Positions 9,803 to 21,245 of a stretch of 64,000 nt of DNA are shown here, piece after piece. The notes under the pieces are model-generated. The model was not told the origin of the DNA and did not search any database. It saw only the letters and a list, made by a program, of their open reading frames with translations. Every line of letters begins with the position of its first letter. Position 1 is the first letter of the stretch. The stretch comes from Bryobacterales bacterium (GTDB lineage Bacteria; Acidobacteriota; Terriglobia; Bryobacterales; UBA6623): positions 128,001 through 192,000 of the forward strand of contig OY729428.2 in the NCBI GenBank assembly GCA_963422375.2. The letters are read 5' to 3'. Position numbers and translations under genes: made by a program.

Positions 9803-11137
9803 TCAGGCCGCGGGACGCTTGCGGTACTGCGGCGGTGCGTCGGGGCGGTTCGTGCCGTCGCCCTCGTAGCCCGGATGGCGAGGCGGGGCGAGATCCAGCA
9901 CGCGTTCCGTCAGCGGGTCGAAGGACATCATCCGGCCCGAGCGGTACGAGTCGACGCCAAGCTTGATCGCTACCATTACTTGGTAGCCGAAGCGGGCGTC
10001 GAAGATCGGCTTGCCCCGCGTCCGCACGCAACCGATGAAATCCCGCATGTGGGCCGTGCGGGCGGTCTGCTGGTCGCGATTGTCCACCTCGACCCGGACG
10101 AGGTCGGTTCCGGAGCGTCGGCGGAACTCGTCGGCGTGGAGGCGCTCGGGACGGGCCTCGACCACTCCGGGCGAGAGCGAGATCGAGGCGCGCTGGCCGA
10201 AAATGGCGGGGCCGTGCAGGAGGTTCGGAGCCTGCGAGCCGCTCGCCCCGACAAGGTTCACGACCATGTCGCCGTACTCGACGGTCGTCGAGTACGTGTC
10301 GGGCACTTGGCGGTTCGGGAACAGGTAAATGCCGCCGTGCCCGCTCACGCGCTGAGGAAACCGCGGGCCCGCCGCGTACAGCAGCGGGCTGAGGCGGTGG
10401 TATAGAAAGTCCGTCCCGATGCCCCCGGAGAAGTCCCAGTACTTGCGCCAGCGGAAGAACCGCTCCCCGCTGAAGGGCTGGTCCGGCGCGTCGCCCAGAA
10501 AGCGCTTCCAGTCCACGGTGGCCGGGCTTGCCTCCTCGTCGACGTAGTACTGCCAGACGCCGTCGGGGTGGTTCGACGAGTAGCTGGACTGCGCCATAAG
10601 CACGGGCCCCGCGAGGCCCCCGCGCACCATCTCGCGCGCCTCGGCGTACGCCGGGTCGGACACCCACTGGCTGCCGACCTGCAGGACGCGGCCGGTCTCC
10701 TCGACTGTCTCGGCGATCGCGCGAGCCTCGGGAATCGTCCGCGACATCGGCTTCTCGAGATACACGTCCTTGCCGGCGCGCATCGCGTCGATCGCCATCC
10801 TCGCATGCCAATGGTCGGGGGTGGCGATGACCACGGCGTCCACGTCGTCCCGAGCGAGCAGGTCCTCGTACGCGTGATGCACGTCGCGCTCGGCGAGGCC
10901 GGTAAGTTCCCGCGCCCGGAACTTCGCCCGGTCGTAGATGTCGCTGGCCGCCACGACGTCGAGAATTCCGTCCTGCCGCATCATCGGGAGCAGGCGCCGC
11001 TGCAGGTGACGCGTGCCGATGTTTCCGACACCGATGATGCCCACCCTGACGCGGTCGCCGGCCCCCGCTAGCCGCGCGGCAGAAACGGCGGTCGCCGCTC
11101 CCATGAAGACTCGTCTGCTGCTCCCGTCCGAATACAT
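9803..11137 (-). CDS. Gfo/Idh/MocA family oxidoreductase, Tat-like leader
   Basis: SRRVFM, GIIGVGNIG, VIATPDHWH, GKDVYLEKP, FFRWRKYWDFSGG. Confidence 0.9.
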   Translation of the reverse strand: MYSDGSSRRVFMGAATAVSAARLAGAGDRVRVGIIGVGNIGTRHLQRRLLPMMRQDGILDVVAASDIYDRAKFRARELTGLAERDVHHAYEDLLARDDVDAVVIATPDHWHARMAIDAMRAGKDVYLEKPMSRTIPEARAIAETVEETGRVLQVGSQWVSDPAYAEAREMVRGGLAGPVLMAQSSYSSNHPDGVWQYYVDEEASPATVDWKRFLGDAPDQPFSGERFFRWRKYWDFSGGIGTDFLYHRLSPLLYAAGPRFPQRVSGHGGIYLFPNRQVPDTYSTTVEYGDMVVNLVGASGSQAPNLLHGPAIFGQRASISLSPGVVEARPERLHADEFRRRSGTDLVRVEVDNRDQQTARTAHMRDFIGCVRTRGKPIFDARFGYQVMVAIKLGVDSYRSGRMMSFDPLTERVLDLAPPRHPGYEGDGTNRPDAPPQYRKRPAA

Positions 11138-11349
11138 CGCGGCCTCATTCTGGCACGGCACGTCAGACGGGCCGGGAGCCCGCTCCAGGGAGCGTCCGGG
11201 ATCATCCTGGTTTCCCACGAACCTGACCCGAGTCCGGAAGCCGGGCGGACGGCCCAGCCGAGGACGCACTTGCGGGGGCGAGACAGGAGCGGATGCGGGC
11301 CACCCCGCGGCGGCCAAGGGCCCGTCCTAGCGAGCGTCCGATACCGGGC

Positions 11350-11423
11350 AGCTGATGCAGCGCCTGTTCGGCAAGACCCTGACCTACCGGCAGCTGACAG
11401 GCAAGGCCGCGGTCGCGGCCCGA
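11350..11423 (+). mobile_element. 3' remnant of an IS1595-family transposase
   Basis: Encodes LFGKTLTYRQLTGKAAVAA, near-identical to the C-terminus of the transposase at 36936..37893. Confidence 0.55.
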
Positions 11424-12001
11424 GCGCCGGCTTCAGCGAAGCAAGCTCGGGGAACGGGAGCTGCGCGGGCGCTCCAAGGGCCCCGCCCGTGACGGACCGG
11501 AACCGCAGCTCTCGACGGCAAGCCACAGGAATGCCGCAGCCGGATGGCGGATCGCGAACGCGATTGCGGCGGCGTCCGAGCGGACTGCAGCGCGGCGGGC
11601 ACCCGCCAGTCCGACCGGACCGCCCTGCCGGTTGACGCTGGCTGCCAGAGACCCGAGGGCGTCGCGAGATGCAAGCGGACGGTTCGCCCGGCAGAATTCC
11701 CGACCGAGGCGGTCGGACCGACCGCGGGCAGGCCTAGCTGGAGCAATCGCTGACGCTCCCGATATTCCGGTCGCGAGTGACGACCTCCCGGCTACCGCTC
11801 CGATCGGCCGGGCCTTGCCAAGGTGGCGCACTGCATCTCTCCCACCTCTGTTTTGGGGCCAGCGTCTAGGAGGAAGGCGACGACTTGAAATACGGAACTT
11901 CGCTAGTATTCTCGCTGGCCAGGAATCAACTCCTCCTACCGAAAAATGCTCTTTCCGGCACTATCGGCAGTCAGAAATACAATTCCCTTATTCAATGGAC
12001 G

Positions 12002-13270
12002 CGCCCATTCAACTCCGAAGTGCGACACACGCCGAGCCACAAGATGGCAGGGAGGGGAGAGGGGGGGCAGCGAGCGGTGGTGTCGTGGCAGTAGGCTGGT
12101 AGGTGCTGGAAGGAGCAGGGAGGCAGATGCCGAAGAGCTACACGCACGTGACGCAGGAGGAGCGCTGCCGGAGCGAGACGCTGCGGGCCGCGGGCTGGGG
12201 AGCGGACAGGATCGCCGGGCAGCCGGGCCGCAAGCGGGCCACGATCTACCGCGAAGTGGGCCGCAACGGCCGACCGGCGGAGGGCGAGCGCGCGGCGAGC
12301 TACAGCTGGGGGAGCGCGCAGGAGCGCGCGGAGCGGCGCGCGGCGTCGTGCCGGCCGCGCCAGCTGACGTCGGCGCTGCGGACGCGGAGCGAGGACTGCC
12401 TGCGGCAGGACTGGAGCCCGGAGCAGGAGCCCGGAGCAGGTCGCGGCGCGGCTGCAGCGGGAAGGGGCGCTGGAGATCAGCCCCGAACGGATCTACCAGC
12501 TGGTGCGCGCGGACCGGCGGCAGGGGGGCCGGCTGTACCGGCACCTGAGGCAGGGCGGCCGCAAGCGCGTGCGGCGGGTCGGCCGGACGGCGGGCCGCGG
12601 CCTGATCCCGGGGCGCGCGGACATCGCGGAGCGCCCGGCGGAGGCGCGAGCGAAGGCGCGCGGCGGCGACCGGGAGGCCGACACCGTGATCGGCGGGCAG
12701 CGCCGCGGGGCGCTGGTGACGCTGGTGGACCGGTTCTCTAAGTACCTGCTAGTGCAGCCGGTTAGCCGGCGCACGGCGCAGCTGGTCGGGGCGGCGATGA
12801 CGGCCATGCTCGCAGGGATGCTCGCAGGGAGCGGGGCCGTGACGCACACGCTCACGGCCGACAACGGCAAGGAGTTCGCGGCAAGGAGTTCGCGGGACAC
12901 CGGGAGGTGGCGCAGCGGCTGGGGGCGGGCTTCTGCTTCGCGCGGCCCTGCCACTCCTGGGAGCGCGGGCTGAACGAGCATGCCAACGGGCTGCCGCGGC
13001 AGTACTTCCCGCAGGGGACGGACCTGCGGCGGGTGGACCCGGCCCGGGTGCGGGAGGCGCGGGACCGCCTGAACCGGCGTCCGCGGAAGGTGCCGGGCGG
13101 GCGCACGCCGGAGGAAGTCTTCCGGGCGGAGCGGGAGCGGGTGCCGCGGGGCTGAGGCAGGGCTGGCAGCCCGCCGCGGGGACAGGGGCGCGGGGGAGCT
13201 GCGCCCGGACAGGCGCGGATTCGACCCGCCTGCCCGGGACGCGGCCCCCCGCTTCGGAGTTGAATGGGCG
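12002..13270 (+). mobile_element. IS30-family element, copy 1 (transposase about 12128-13155, two frameshifts)
   Basis: Terminal IR CGCCCATTCAACTCCGAAG at 12002-12020 and 13252-13270; 3-bp flanking repeat ACG; WSPEQ, EADT, TADNGKEF, SWERGLNEHANG motifs. Confidence 0.9.
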
Positions 13271-13440
13271 ACGGAAAATGCGCCTGACGGATGTCCACGG
13301 AGAGCCAATTCCGCAATTGGTCAGCGAGGGCGGGTTTCGGCGGCGGCCCCGTGCCGCCATCAGGCCGTCCCAGCGACCCGTCCGAATGGCTGCCTAGTCG
13401 CAATTCGGCGACGGCGTGCGCCCTCCGATGCCATTGAGCC

Positions 13441-15168
13441 TTGGTCAAATCCCGGTGGACTGTCTCCGCGAGGTTTGCTCTCGCACGGCACATGTGCAAG
13501 AATGGGGCCATGTCGCCATCTCCCGAGAGGGACGCTGGCTTTCTGGATGCGATGCGACCTAATATTGTCGCGATGCGGCCGAATGCGCCAGTGCGCGGCG
13601 ATGCCCCGGTCCGCATCGAACGGTCTGCCGTTCGATGCCGGGCGCTCCCTCGCCGACGGTCAAGAATTCGTGACACGCTCGTTCCGCGCACGCCTGCGCC
13701 CGGGTCAGCCGTTCGGATCGCCGGGGCAGGCCACCTTGTCGTCCTAATTGCCTGGTTCTCCGGCAGCCTCGCGGCCCCCGTGCCCTCTGCGCTCCCGGAA
13801 AGGGCAGGCCTCCATGCGGCGCAGGTGCCGCAGCGCGTACCGCGCGATGGCGGAAGGGATCGCAGGGGTAGGCTGGAGACCTTCCGAACCGAGGTACCCC
13901 GCCACGCGTACGACATTGTCCTCGGATGCCCGACTGGCACTTCCGTCACCGCGAGCATCCTCGCCTACTCGCCAATGGAAGGCTATTTCGAATTCGGTGC
14001 CAAGCCCGACGAATACCGAGCGCAATCGGATCGGGTTCGCCTCGAGTCCGGCGTGCCGCAGGAAGTGATTCTCGACGGCCTTGCGGCAATATCGAGGTAC
14101 TTCTACCGCTGGCGCAGCCGGTCAGATCCAGCGGCCGAATTCGATGCTTCGGAGGAATTCACGTTCCGCACGGGCCGCGCCGAAGGAGACGACTTTGTGT
14201 TCACCGTTCAGTCCGATTCCCATTTGGACGAGCGGACGGATCCTCGTCTCTACGTGGCCTCTCTGCGAAACGCCAAGGCGGCCAGACCCGATTTCCATAT
14301 CGATCTGGGGGACACGTTCATGACCGACAAGCGGCGGACGGACTACAGGGACGCCCTGCCGCAGTATGTTGCTCAGCGGTATTACTTCGGCTTGATCGGC
14401 ACCGTGTCACCAGTCTTTCTCGTCTCGGGAAATCACGATGCCGAGGGCAAGGCTCGAGGCGCGATGGGACGATGGGCGCGCGAACAGCGCAATGCCTACT
14501 TCGCCACACCGTCCGACGGGGCCAGCGACCAAGGAAACTATTACGCATGGGACTGGGGGGACGCGCTATTCGTCGCATTGGATCCGTTCTGGGCGACGCC
14601 CCGCGTTCGGCCGCCAGGAGACTATTGGGCGCGCACGCTAGGCGAGAATCAGTACCGCTGGCTGGCCACGGTATTGCGGTCGAGCCAGGCGAAGTTCAAG
14701 TTCGTCTTCCTTCACCATCTCGTAGGCGGCATCAACCAGCAGGCGCGTGGCGGAGCCGCCGCGGCCAGCCTGTTCGAATGGGGCGGGCGCGGGCTTGACG
14801 GCTCGTACGAATTCGGCGACCGCAGGCCCGGCTGGGAGAAGCCGATTCACGACCTGCTTGTCGAGACGGGAGTTGGGGTCGTGTTTCACGGTCACGACCA
14901 CGTGTTCGCGAGGGAATCGCTCGACGGTATCGCCTACCTGCTCGTTCCCCAGCCGGGGCTGGACCGATTCGGAGCACCACGCTCGATCGAAGGCGGCTAC
15001 GAACACGGCGACGTGGTCGGCGGGCCCGGACACGTGCGGGTCGAGGTATCCTCCGAAGCGGCCTTGGTCGAGCTCGTCCAGACCCGTTTCGAAGGGACCG
15101 CCAGGGAGAACGGGCGAGTGTCCTATTCGTTTCGCGTCCAGCCAAGATGCGGAGGAAACTGCCAGTGA
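13441..15168 (+). CDS. Calcineurin-like metallophosphoesterase (purple acid phosphatase-like); true start probably downstream of 13441
   Basis: SDSH, DLGD, GNHD and HGHDH motifs preceded by an FN3-like segment. Confidence 0.85.
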   Translation: MVKSRWTVSARFALARHMCKNGAMSPSPERDAGFLDAMRPNIVAMRPNAPVRGDAPVRIERSAVRCRALPRRRSRIRDTLVPRTPAPGSAVRIAGAGHLVVLIAWFSGSLAAPVPSALPERAGLHAAQVPQRVPRDGGRDRRGRLETFRTEVPRHAYDIVLGCPTGTSVTASILAYSPMEGYFEFGAKPDEYRAQSDRVRLESGVPQEVILDGLAAISRYFYRWRSRSDPAAEFDASEEFTFRTGRAEGDDFVFTVQSDSHLDERTDPRLYVASLRNAKAARPDFHIDLGDTFMTDKRRTDYRDALPQYVAQRYYFGLIGTVSPVFLVSGNHDAEGKARGAMGRWAREQRNAYFATPSDGASDQGNYYAWDWGDALFVALDPFWATPRVRPPGDYWARTLGENQYRWLATVLRSSQAKFKFVFLHHLVGGINQQARGGAAAASLFEWGGRGLDGSYEFGDRRPGWEKPIHDLLVETGVGVVFHGHDHVFARESLDGIAYLLVPQPGLDRFGAPRSIEGGYEHGDVVGGPGHVRVEVSSEAALVELVQTRFEGTARENGRVSYSFRVQPRCGGNCQ

Positions 15169-16546
15169 ACGCCCGGATTTGCCTCCTTCTGGCCTGGATT
15201 GCGACAGCCGCCGGAGCCAGACCGCCCAATTTCGTCTTCATCCTCGCGGACGACCAAGCATGGAACGGCCTGTCGAGGCGTATGATGCAGGGCTTGCCCG
15301 AGTCCGCCAGCGACTACCATCGAACCCCGAGAATATCGACCGCCTAGCGCGCGAGGGCATGACGTTCTCGCGCGCCTACGCAGCTGCTCCCAAGTGCGAA
15401 CCGTCCAGGTACGCAATCACGTTCGGAATGACTACCACCAGCCTGAACGCTCCAGACAAGCGCACCGCGATGCGCCTCAGGGCGGATTCCCGGAACTCCC
15501 TCGCAAACGCGCTGAAACGGGCCAACTCTTCGTACGTGGCGGCGACGTTCGGGAAGTGGCAGCATACGAGGCCGCAGGGCGAGCTCGGTTTTGACAGGGA
15601 CGACGGCATGATCACTGAGAACCAAGACGGGGAATCCCCCGATCCGCGAGACCCGAAGCGGATGTTCGACCTGACCAAGAAAGGCAATCGCTTCATGGAG
15701 GACAGCGTTGCAAGGGGGAAGCCATTCTACTTGCAACTCTGGCACTACGCGGTGCACGGCAGCAATCAATCCCTACCCGAGACCTTGGAACGATGGCAGG
15801 CGCGGCCGCCGGGGCGGCTGCACCGAGACCCGACGCGTGCAGCCATGGCTGAGGATTTCGACAGGGCCGTGGGACTGACCTTGGAAAGAATCGATCAGCT
15901 GGGCATCCGGGACATGACCTACGTCGTCTACATGTCCGACAACGGCGGTCCGACTCGCTACCGGCGCGGCGGGAAGACGAACGTCACCGAAGGAGGGTTG
16001 CGCGTTCCTCTAGTGGTGCGCGGGCCTGGAGTCGCCGCGGATGCGAGGTGCGACATCCCTGTCGTCGCATACGACCTGCTACCTACCTTCCTCGATCTCG
16101 CGGCCCCCGGAACGCATCCTCCGCCCAGGGTCGAGGGTGGCAGTTGGAAGCCGCTGCTCCTGACCCGGTGCGCAGAGGGTGTCGAGCGGCCCTTGGACCG
16201 AATGGTGTTCTTCTTCGCGGAAGCACGGGGCCGCGAACCAGGCCCCCAAGCTGCGATCATCGCCGGGAATTTCAAGCTGCTCTACACTTGGAACGATACC
16301 CGGGCGGTCTTGTACGACGTCAGCACGGATATTCGGGAGACGCGGGACATCGCGGCGCAACACCCGGACCTAGCAGCGAGCCTGCAGCGCGAACTGATGG
16401 ACCACCTCCGAGCGGGCCTGGGCGAGGAGGCCCTCGCGAGGGTCGGGACCGAAGATGCAGATGCACGACCCGCGCGGCGGACCCGCCCGAGAGATCGAGA
16501 CAGCCGGCGGTCGCGGCGGCGACAGCGCGAACCTAGCGTCCGATGA
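15165..16546 (+). pseudogene. Formylglycine-type sulfatase with a 2-nt frameshift near 15329
   Basis: GTG start overlapping the previous stop; PPNFVFILADD..RTP in one frame, NIDRLAREGMTF..CEPSR, GKW, SDNG, EGGLRVP in another. Confidence 0.85.
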
Positions 16547-17520
16547 ACCGGCCAAGGGTTGTCCTGGGAACTGCCCTCGCACTCGGGGGCGCCTGGGCCG
16601 CCGAGCAATCGCAGACCGCCTTTGAATTCGACCCGGAGATCGTGGCTCGCTCCTTTCGAGCCTTCCCGGGCGAGGTGGGCGTGCATTGGGACCGAGAATT
16701 CTTCTACGTCGAGTCCAACTCCATGCCCCGGCACAGAATGATGGTCGGCATCCGAGCCTGGAACCGGCAGGTTCCGATTCCCCAGCCGTACGTCGGAGCC
16801 AACGCGTTCCGATTCCCGCTAAAGCCTCGCTTTGCCGAGCGCCCGGTGTCCGGTAAGGAAACGCTCTTTCGCGGAGCGATCGCTATTGCTGGGAACGGAA
16901 TTCCAATTTTCAACCCGATCAAGCAGGACGGGCGCACGGACACGTACCTAGCGGGCGAACTCGACGAGTTCGGGGGCCATGCGGGCCGGGCGGACGACTA
17001 TCACTATCACATTGCTCCGATCCACCTCGCCGACCAGATCGGCGCGGACCTGCCCCTTGCTTGGGCCTTGGACGGTTTCCCGATCTTCGGATACGGCGAG
17101 CCCGACGGAGCCCCTGCGCGAGACTTGGACTGGCTCAACGGCCACTCGCGGCCCGGGTCCGCTTACCACTATCACGCGGCTCGGCGGTACCCCTGGGTCA
17201 ATGGCGGTTTCCGTGGAGAGATCGAGCTCCGCGACGGAGCGGTCGCGACCCAGCCGCGGGCACGGGGGCTTCGACCGTACACGCGGCCGCTTCGGGGAGC
17301 GACCGTTACTGGCTTCAAGCGGCGGGGCGACGGCAGGTACAGGCTCGAGTTCGACCTTCGCGGCCAGCCTCACTCGGTCGGCTACGCGCTGCTAGCTGAC
17401 GGCGGCGGGGAATTCACCTTCACGGACGGAACGGGGCGCAGCCGGACCGAAGTCTACTCTGCCCGCTCGCCGAGGTCCAAGGCTAGGAACCGGACTTCCG
17501 GACAGAACCGCAGCCGCTAG
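16543..17520 (+). CDS. Secreted YHYH-domain protein
   Basis: Signal peptide; GAIAIAGNGIPIFNP, GELDEFGGH..DDYHYH, ALDGFPIFG, LDWLNGH..YHYH; ATGA overlap with the sulfatase. Confidence 0.9.
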   Translation: MNRPRVVLGTALALGGAWAAEQSQTAFEFDPEIVARSFRAFPGEVGVHWDREFFYVESNSMPRHRMMVGIRAWNRQVPIPQPYVGANAFRFPLKPRFAERPVSGKETLFRGAIAIAGNGIPIFNPIKQDGRTDTYLAGELDEFGGHAGRADDYHYHIAPIHLADQIGADLPLAWALDGFPIFGYGEPDGAPARDLDWLNGHSRPGSAYHYHAARRYPWVNGGFRGEIELRDGAVATQPRARGLRPYTRPLRGATVTGFKRRGDGRYRLEFDLRGQPHSVGYALLADGGGEFTFTDGTGRSRTEVYSARSPRSKARNRTSGQNRSR

Positions 17521-18517
17521 TGTCGGCGAAGGGCCGGGCTAACGACGCGAGCACAGCGAGACCGATGACGATCATTTGGCCGCGCGCCCATGCAGTCTCC
17601 CGGGACCGACGTGTCGCGCTTGGCCGGATGGCATTCCGGACGCGCGAGGCAATCGAGTCTCGCCTGTGACGGGCGGTCAGCGTCACGTGCCACCGGTCGC
17701 GGCGGTGCGCGTTGCGGCCGAACGGCCCGGAGCGACGGACCAGTCCGTCTTGGCTGCGGGTCCCGAGCCGGGATTTGGTCGTGTGCATCAGTCAGAATGA
17801 CCTTGTTCTCCGCGGCCAAGCGGGACATGGGATGGACTCCTACTGCGAACGTCCTCGCGGGATTGATGTTCCAGGGGCGGAGAATCGTCCGCTGTAGCGG
17901 AATTCGTACGGGGCCGACGGTGAACTCGTGATCGGGGCTGAAGCCCTAGCCGTCCGATAGAGGGTAGGGATTGGAAGGCCGACGGCGGTTATTCGCGTGG
18001 CGGCCCTGCCCAATCACTGTCGGAGCACCGAGCCTGCATGCTAGCGAGAGAAAGGGAGAGCACGGTCTCTAGGTGCAGGCATGCACGGGCCGGACTTCGA
18101 GGCGCAGTGTCTCACGGTGCGGGGTCGGCGTTCGACCTGCGCGAGACCTTTTCTGGCTTCGACCGCCTCCGCCCTGCGGAATGAAGTAGATGCCGTCGAA
18201 CATGGCGGAGGTGGCGCAGGCTCACGCTGGCCGTACGTGGGCCGCTAGCGCACAGAGTCGCTCGGCCTAAGATGAATTGGATGCACTGAAGCCGGGCGCG
18301 TAGCTCAGCTAGATAGAGTATCTGCCTTCTTAGGCGAGACCCAAGACTAACTTGTCCCATAGGCTGGCAATCCAGACACAGCGCCAGGAGCATCCAATCC
18401 CCAAATAGCGAAGCATTTCTATATAGTGCCATGAGTTGCTGATCCAAGCTTCTGAATGCGACTTGTCGTTCTGCCCGATTTCTGCTCTAGTGAATATGGC
18501 CTGGCATGACAGGCCAT

Positions 18518-19113
18518 ATGGGGCCCGCTACCTTCTCCGCCGACACCGCCGCTGACCTGCTCCAGCGCCGCTTGGTCGACACCATGCCCGAGCTCGTCGC
18601 CGCCCTCGGTGCACGTCCTAGCGCACCGTCCTGCGCAAGCTCAAGCAACTGCCCTACTTGGTCAGCTGCTCGCATCGCCGCCGCTACTACGCCCTGCAGT
18701 CCGCGGCGCGCTTCGACTCCCATGGCCTGTGGTCCTACGAGTACATCCGCTTCTCATCCTGCGGCACCTTCCTCGCCGCTGCCCCGGGCGGGCTGCACTC
18801 CGAGGAACTGGACCGGCAGCTGGGCGTGCGCACGCATCCCCAGCCGGGGCCCGTGGCGGCGGCGCTCTTCACCAGTCTGCTCAACGCGAAGCAGCGCCGC
18901 CTGTTCGTCGGCCTAGCGGCGCTGCTGTGGGGTCGCGACGGCGACCGGCACGTCGAGGAGTGGCTGGGATTGCATCCCCGCACCGTGAGCCGCGGCCGTC
19001 GGGAACTGCTTTCCGGCGGAGTCGACGCGAACGGCGTGCGCAATCCGGGCGGATGGCGCACGCCGTTCGAAAAAACGGGGGAACAAATACGCAATTTACC
19101 AAGACCCGCTTGA
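18518..19113 (+). mobile_element. Degenerate 5' part of an ISAzo13-type (Rhodopirellula transposase) element
   Basis: LLNAKQRRLFVGLAAL..GRDGD...TVSRGRRELL...VRNPGG.R...EK resembles the HTH region of this family; frameshifted; 10-bp palindrome 18494-18519 just upstream. Confidence 0.6.
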
Positions 19114-19148
19114 CATGCGACCCCGGCCAGGGCAAGTGGCAGATGAGT

Positions 19149-19613
19149 ATGGCACCCAAGGCATCCGGACGCCATGAGCGCCAAGGACCTTCGCTGGTGG
19201 ACATGACACGGATCTTCCCGGACGATGCGGCGGCCGAGGAATGGTTCGTCAGGAACGGCTGGCCTGCCGGTGCGTCCTGCCCGGAACGCGGGTCGCTCGA
19301 TGTGCGGGAGCGGCCGACGCGCAAGCCGCAGCCCTACCGCTGGCGAGACTGCCCCGAAGGCTTCTCGGTCAAGACCGGAACGCTAATGCACCACTCCAGG
19401 CTCGGCCTGCAGGTCTGGGCGATTGCGCTGGACCTGCTCTCGACCGGGATCAAGAAAGGGTCAGGCATGAATATCCACCGGGACCTAGGCGTGACCCGGA
19501 AGACGGCTTGGTTCCTCGCGCATCGCCTCCGCGAGACTTGGCGCGAGCGGGGCGAGCCGTTTGCCGGACGGGTGCATGAAGCATGCGACAAGAGCAATCC
19601 TAATCCCCAGTGA
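19149..19613 (+). mobile_element. Truncated IS1595-family transposase (Zn ribbon + HTH only)
   Basis: FPDDAAAEEWF..WP...CP, FSVKTGTLMH, HRDLGVTRKTAWFLAHRLRE; ends before the DDE domain. Confidence 0.8.
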
Positions 19614-19722
19614 ACTCGATCCGCTCCAGAAACCGGGCTGAGGGCCCAGCCCAGGGGCGCTTCCTGGGTGGCGGCAGGGGCAGAGGCGGGCCACCCTGGG
19701 AGGACTATGACCTCTGACGCGC

Positions 19723-20475
19723 TCAGTTCAGCGATACCAGCAGGCGCCGGGCGGCGTCAATTTCCGGGAACCGGCGCTCGTCGGCGAGGAACTCGGGCGT
19801 GTGGATGCAGCGGCGGCCGGCCTCCAGCCTAGTCGGATGCTTGACGTGGAGCATCTCGTGATACAGCACGTACTCCAGTGCGAGGGCCGGGACGTCGGCC
19901 GCGTCCAATGCGCTGCTAATCACGATCACGTCGTGCGCGGGGTCGTAATGGCCGAGTCGCTTGCGCGCCCGCCCGACGCTCCAGCCGAGCGCCGGCTTGC
20001 GCAGGCCGCCGCCGAAATAGCGCCGGTTCAGGGCGTCGAACTCGATCTCGAGATCGCGGACGAGCCCTTGGGGCGGTCGCATGCGCTTCCTCCCGCGCAC
20101 CCTGCGGACCGCGATCATCCTGTCCTGTGTTTCGGACGAGTTGACCCAGCTGTCGTACTCCCGCTTGGTCCCGGCAAGGACCCGCTTATCGTAAAGCCGG
20201 CTGAGCAGGATCGTCGCCAGCGAGTCGATCACGCGACGCGGCGCGACGGCAAGCAGATCGCTGAGATACACGCACAAGCGCCCCGACTCGGGGTCGAACC
20301 GCACTACCGACCGCAGACTCGCGTACCGGCGGAAGGCAACGTCAATCCGGGGCGCTTCCAAGCGCGGGTTCAGCCGGAAGAACGCCTGCCGGAAGACCCG
20401 CTGGAGAGCCGCGAGCCGCTCCGGCCCCGCCTCGGCGACCGCTGGAACTGCCGGTGGCGACGCAGTCGGCGACAC
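19723..20475 (-). CDS. SprT/YgjP-like zinc metallopeptidase
   Basis: FDALNRRYFGG, LGHYD, YVLYHEMLH, HTPEF. Confidence 0.8.
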   Translation of the reverse strand: MSPTASPPAVPAVAEAGPERLAALQRVFRQAFFRLNPRLEAPRIDVAFRRYASLRSVVRFDPESGRLCVYLSDLLAVAPRRVIDSLATILLSRLYDKRVLAGTKREYDSWVNSSETQDRMIAVRRVRGRKRMRPPQGLVRDLEIEFDALNRRYFGGGLRKPALGWSVGRARKRLGHYDPAHDVIVISSALDAADVPALALEYVLYHEMLHVKHPTRLEAGRRCIHTPEFLADERRFPEIDAARRLLVSLN

Positions 20476-20496
20476 CGTCCCGGCACTCCCCGCCGC

Positions 20497-21114
20497 CTAC
20501 TTGTTGGACGCGGCGGTGCGCTGGGCCACGTAGTCCTCGTAGCGGCGGTGAACGAGCACGTGGAACGTCGGCTGCTTGAACTCCTCGATCGCGTAGAGGT
20601 AGCCCTTGCCGCGCAGATTCAAAAGCACGTTGCGCATCCATCTCTGCTGGCTGCTCGCCATGCCGTTCTTGGACAGGTCGAGGCAGGCCCCGGTCAAGTG
20701 AGCCGACGCCTTCGGACCGCTCGCCGCCGCCGCGTTGCCGTTGCGCCTCGCCAAGGAACGCTGGTAGCTTGCCGTCCTGACCAAGCTCGTCACGCGCATC
20801 TGGCGTCCGAAGCGCGCCCGAAACTGGCTGCTCAGCCGCTCGAGAAACAGGCGAGCCCAAGGCCGCAGGTAGCGGTAGTCTGCCGGCACGGAATGCAGGT
20901 AGTAGTCGCGGGTCTTCTCGCTGACGGGGACCAGCAGCCGCAACCTCGACCAGCGCTGCAGCATCGCCTTGTCCTGCATCCGGGACAAGTGGTCCCGGTC
21001 GGCCAGCCTGTTCTGGTCCAGCTGCGACTGCGACGTGGCCCGCAGGGGCGAAGCGCCCTGCACGCCGAGCGCCCCGGTCAAAACAAACGCTAGAAGTATT
21101 GTAGCACTTGGCAT
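20497..21114 (-). CDS. Secreted DUF5715-like protein (D-Ala-D-Ala peptidase-type fold)
   Basis: Signal peptide; VTSLVRT..YQ..L...NGNAA, SAHLTGACLD, E..QPTFHV. Confidence 0.65.
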   Translation of the reverse strand: MPSATILLAFVLTGALGVQGASPLRATSQSQLDQNRLADRDHLSRMQDKAMLQRWSRLRLLVPVSEKTRDYYLHSVPADYRYLRPWARLFLERLSSQFRARFGRQMRVTSLVRTASYQRSLARRNGNAAAASGPKASAHLTGACLDLSKNGMASSQQRWMRNVLLNLRGKGYLYAIEEFKQPTFHVLVHRRYEDYVAQRTAASNK

Positions 21115-21245
21115 CTTGACATAGGATAGCAAAGCCGTGCGTCGCTACCTCAGCGAGACCCCATAATAGTGGCACGGTATTCTCCGAACACCGGACTGAT
21201 TGGCGCCGTCTTCCAGCGGAGGCTGCCATGCCTGGAACCGATTCA

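Noticed and set aside
17521..18490. About 1 kb without a clear gene; possible ncRNA or low-GC ORF 18112..18447
   Set aside because: No recognisable RNA motif or protein family; probably decayed foreign DNA
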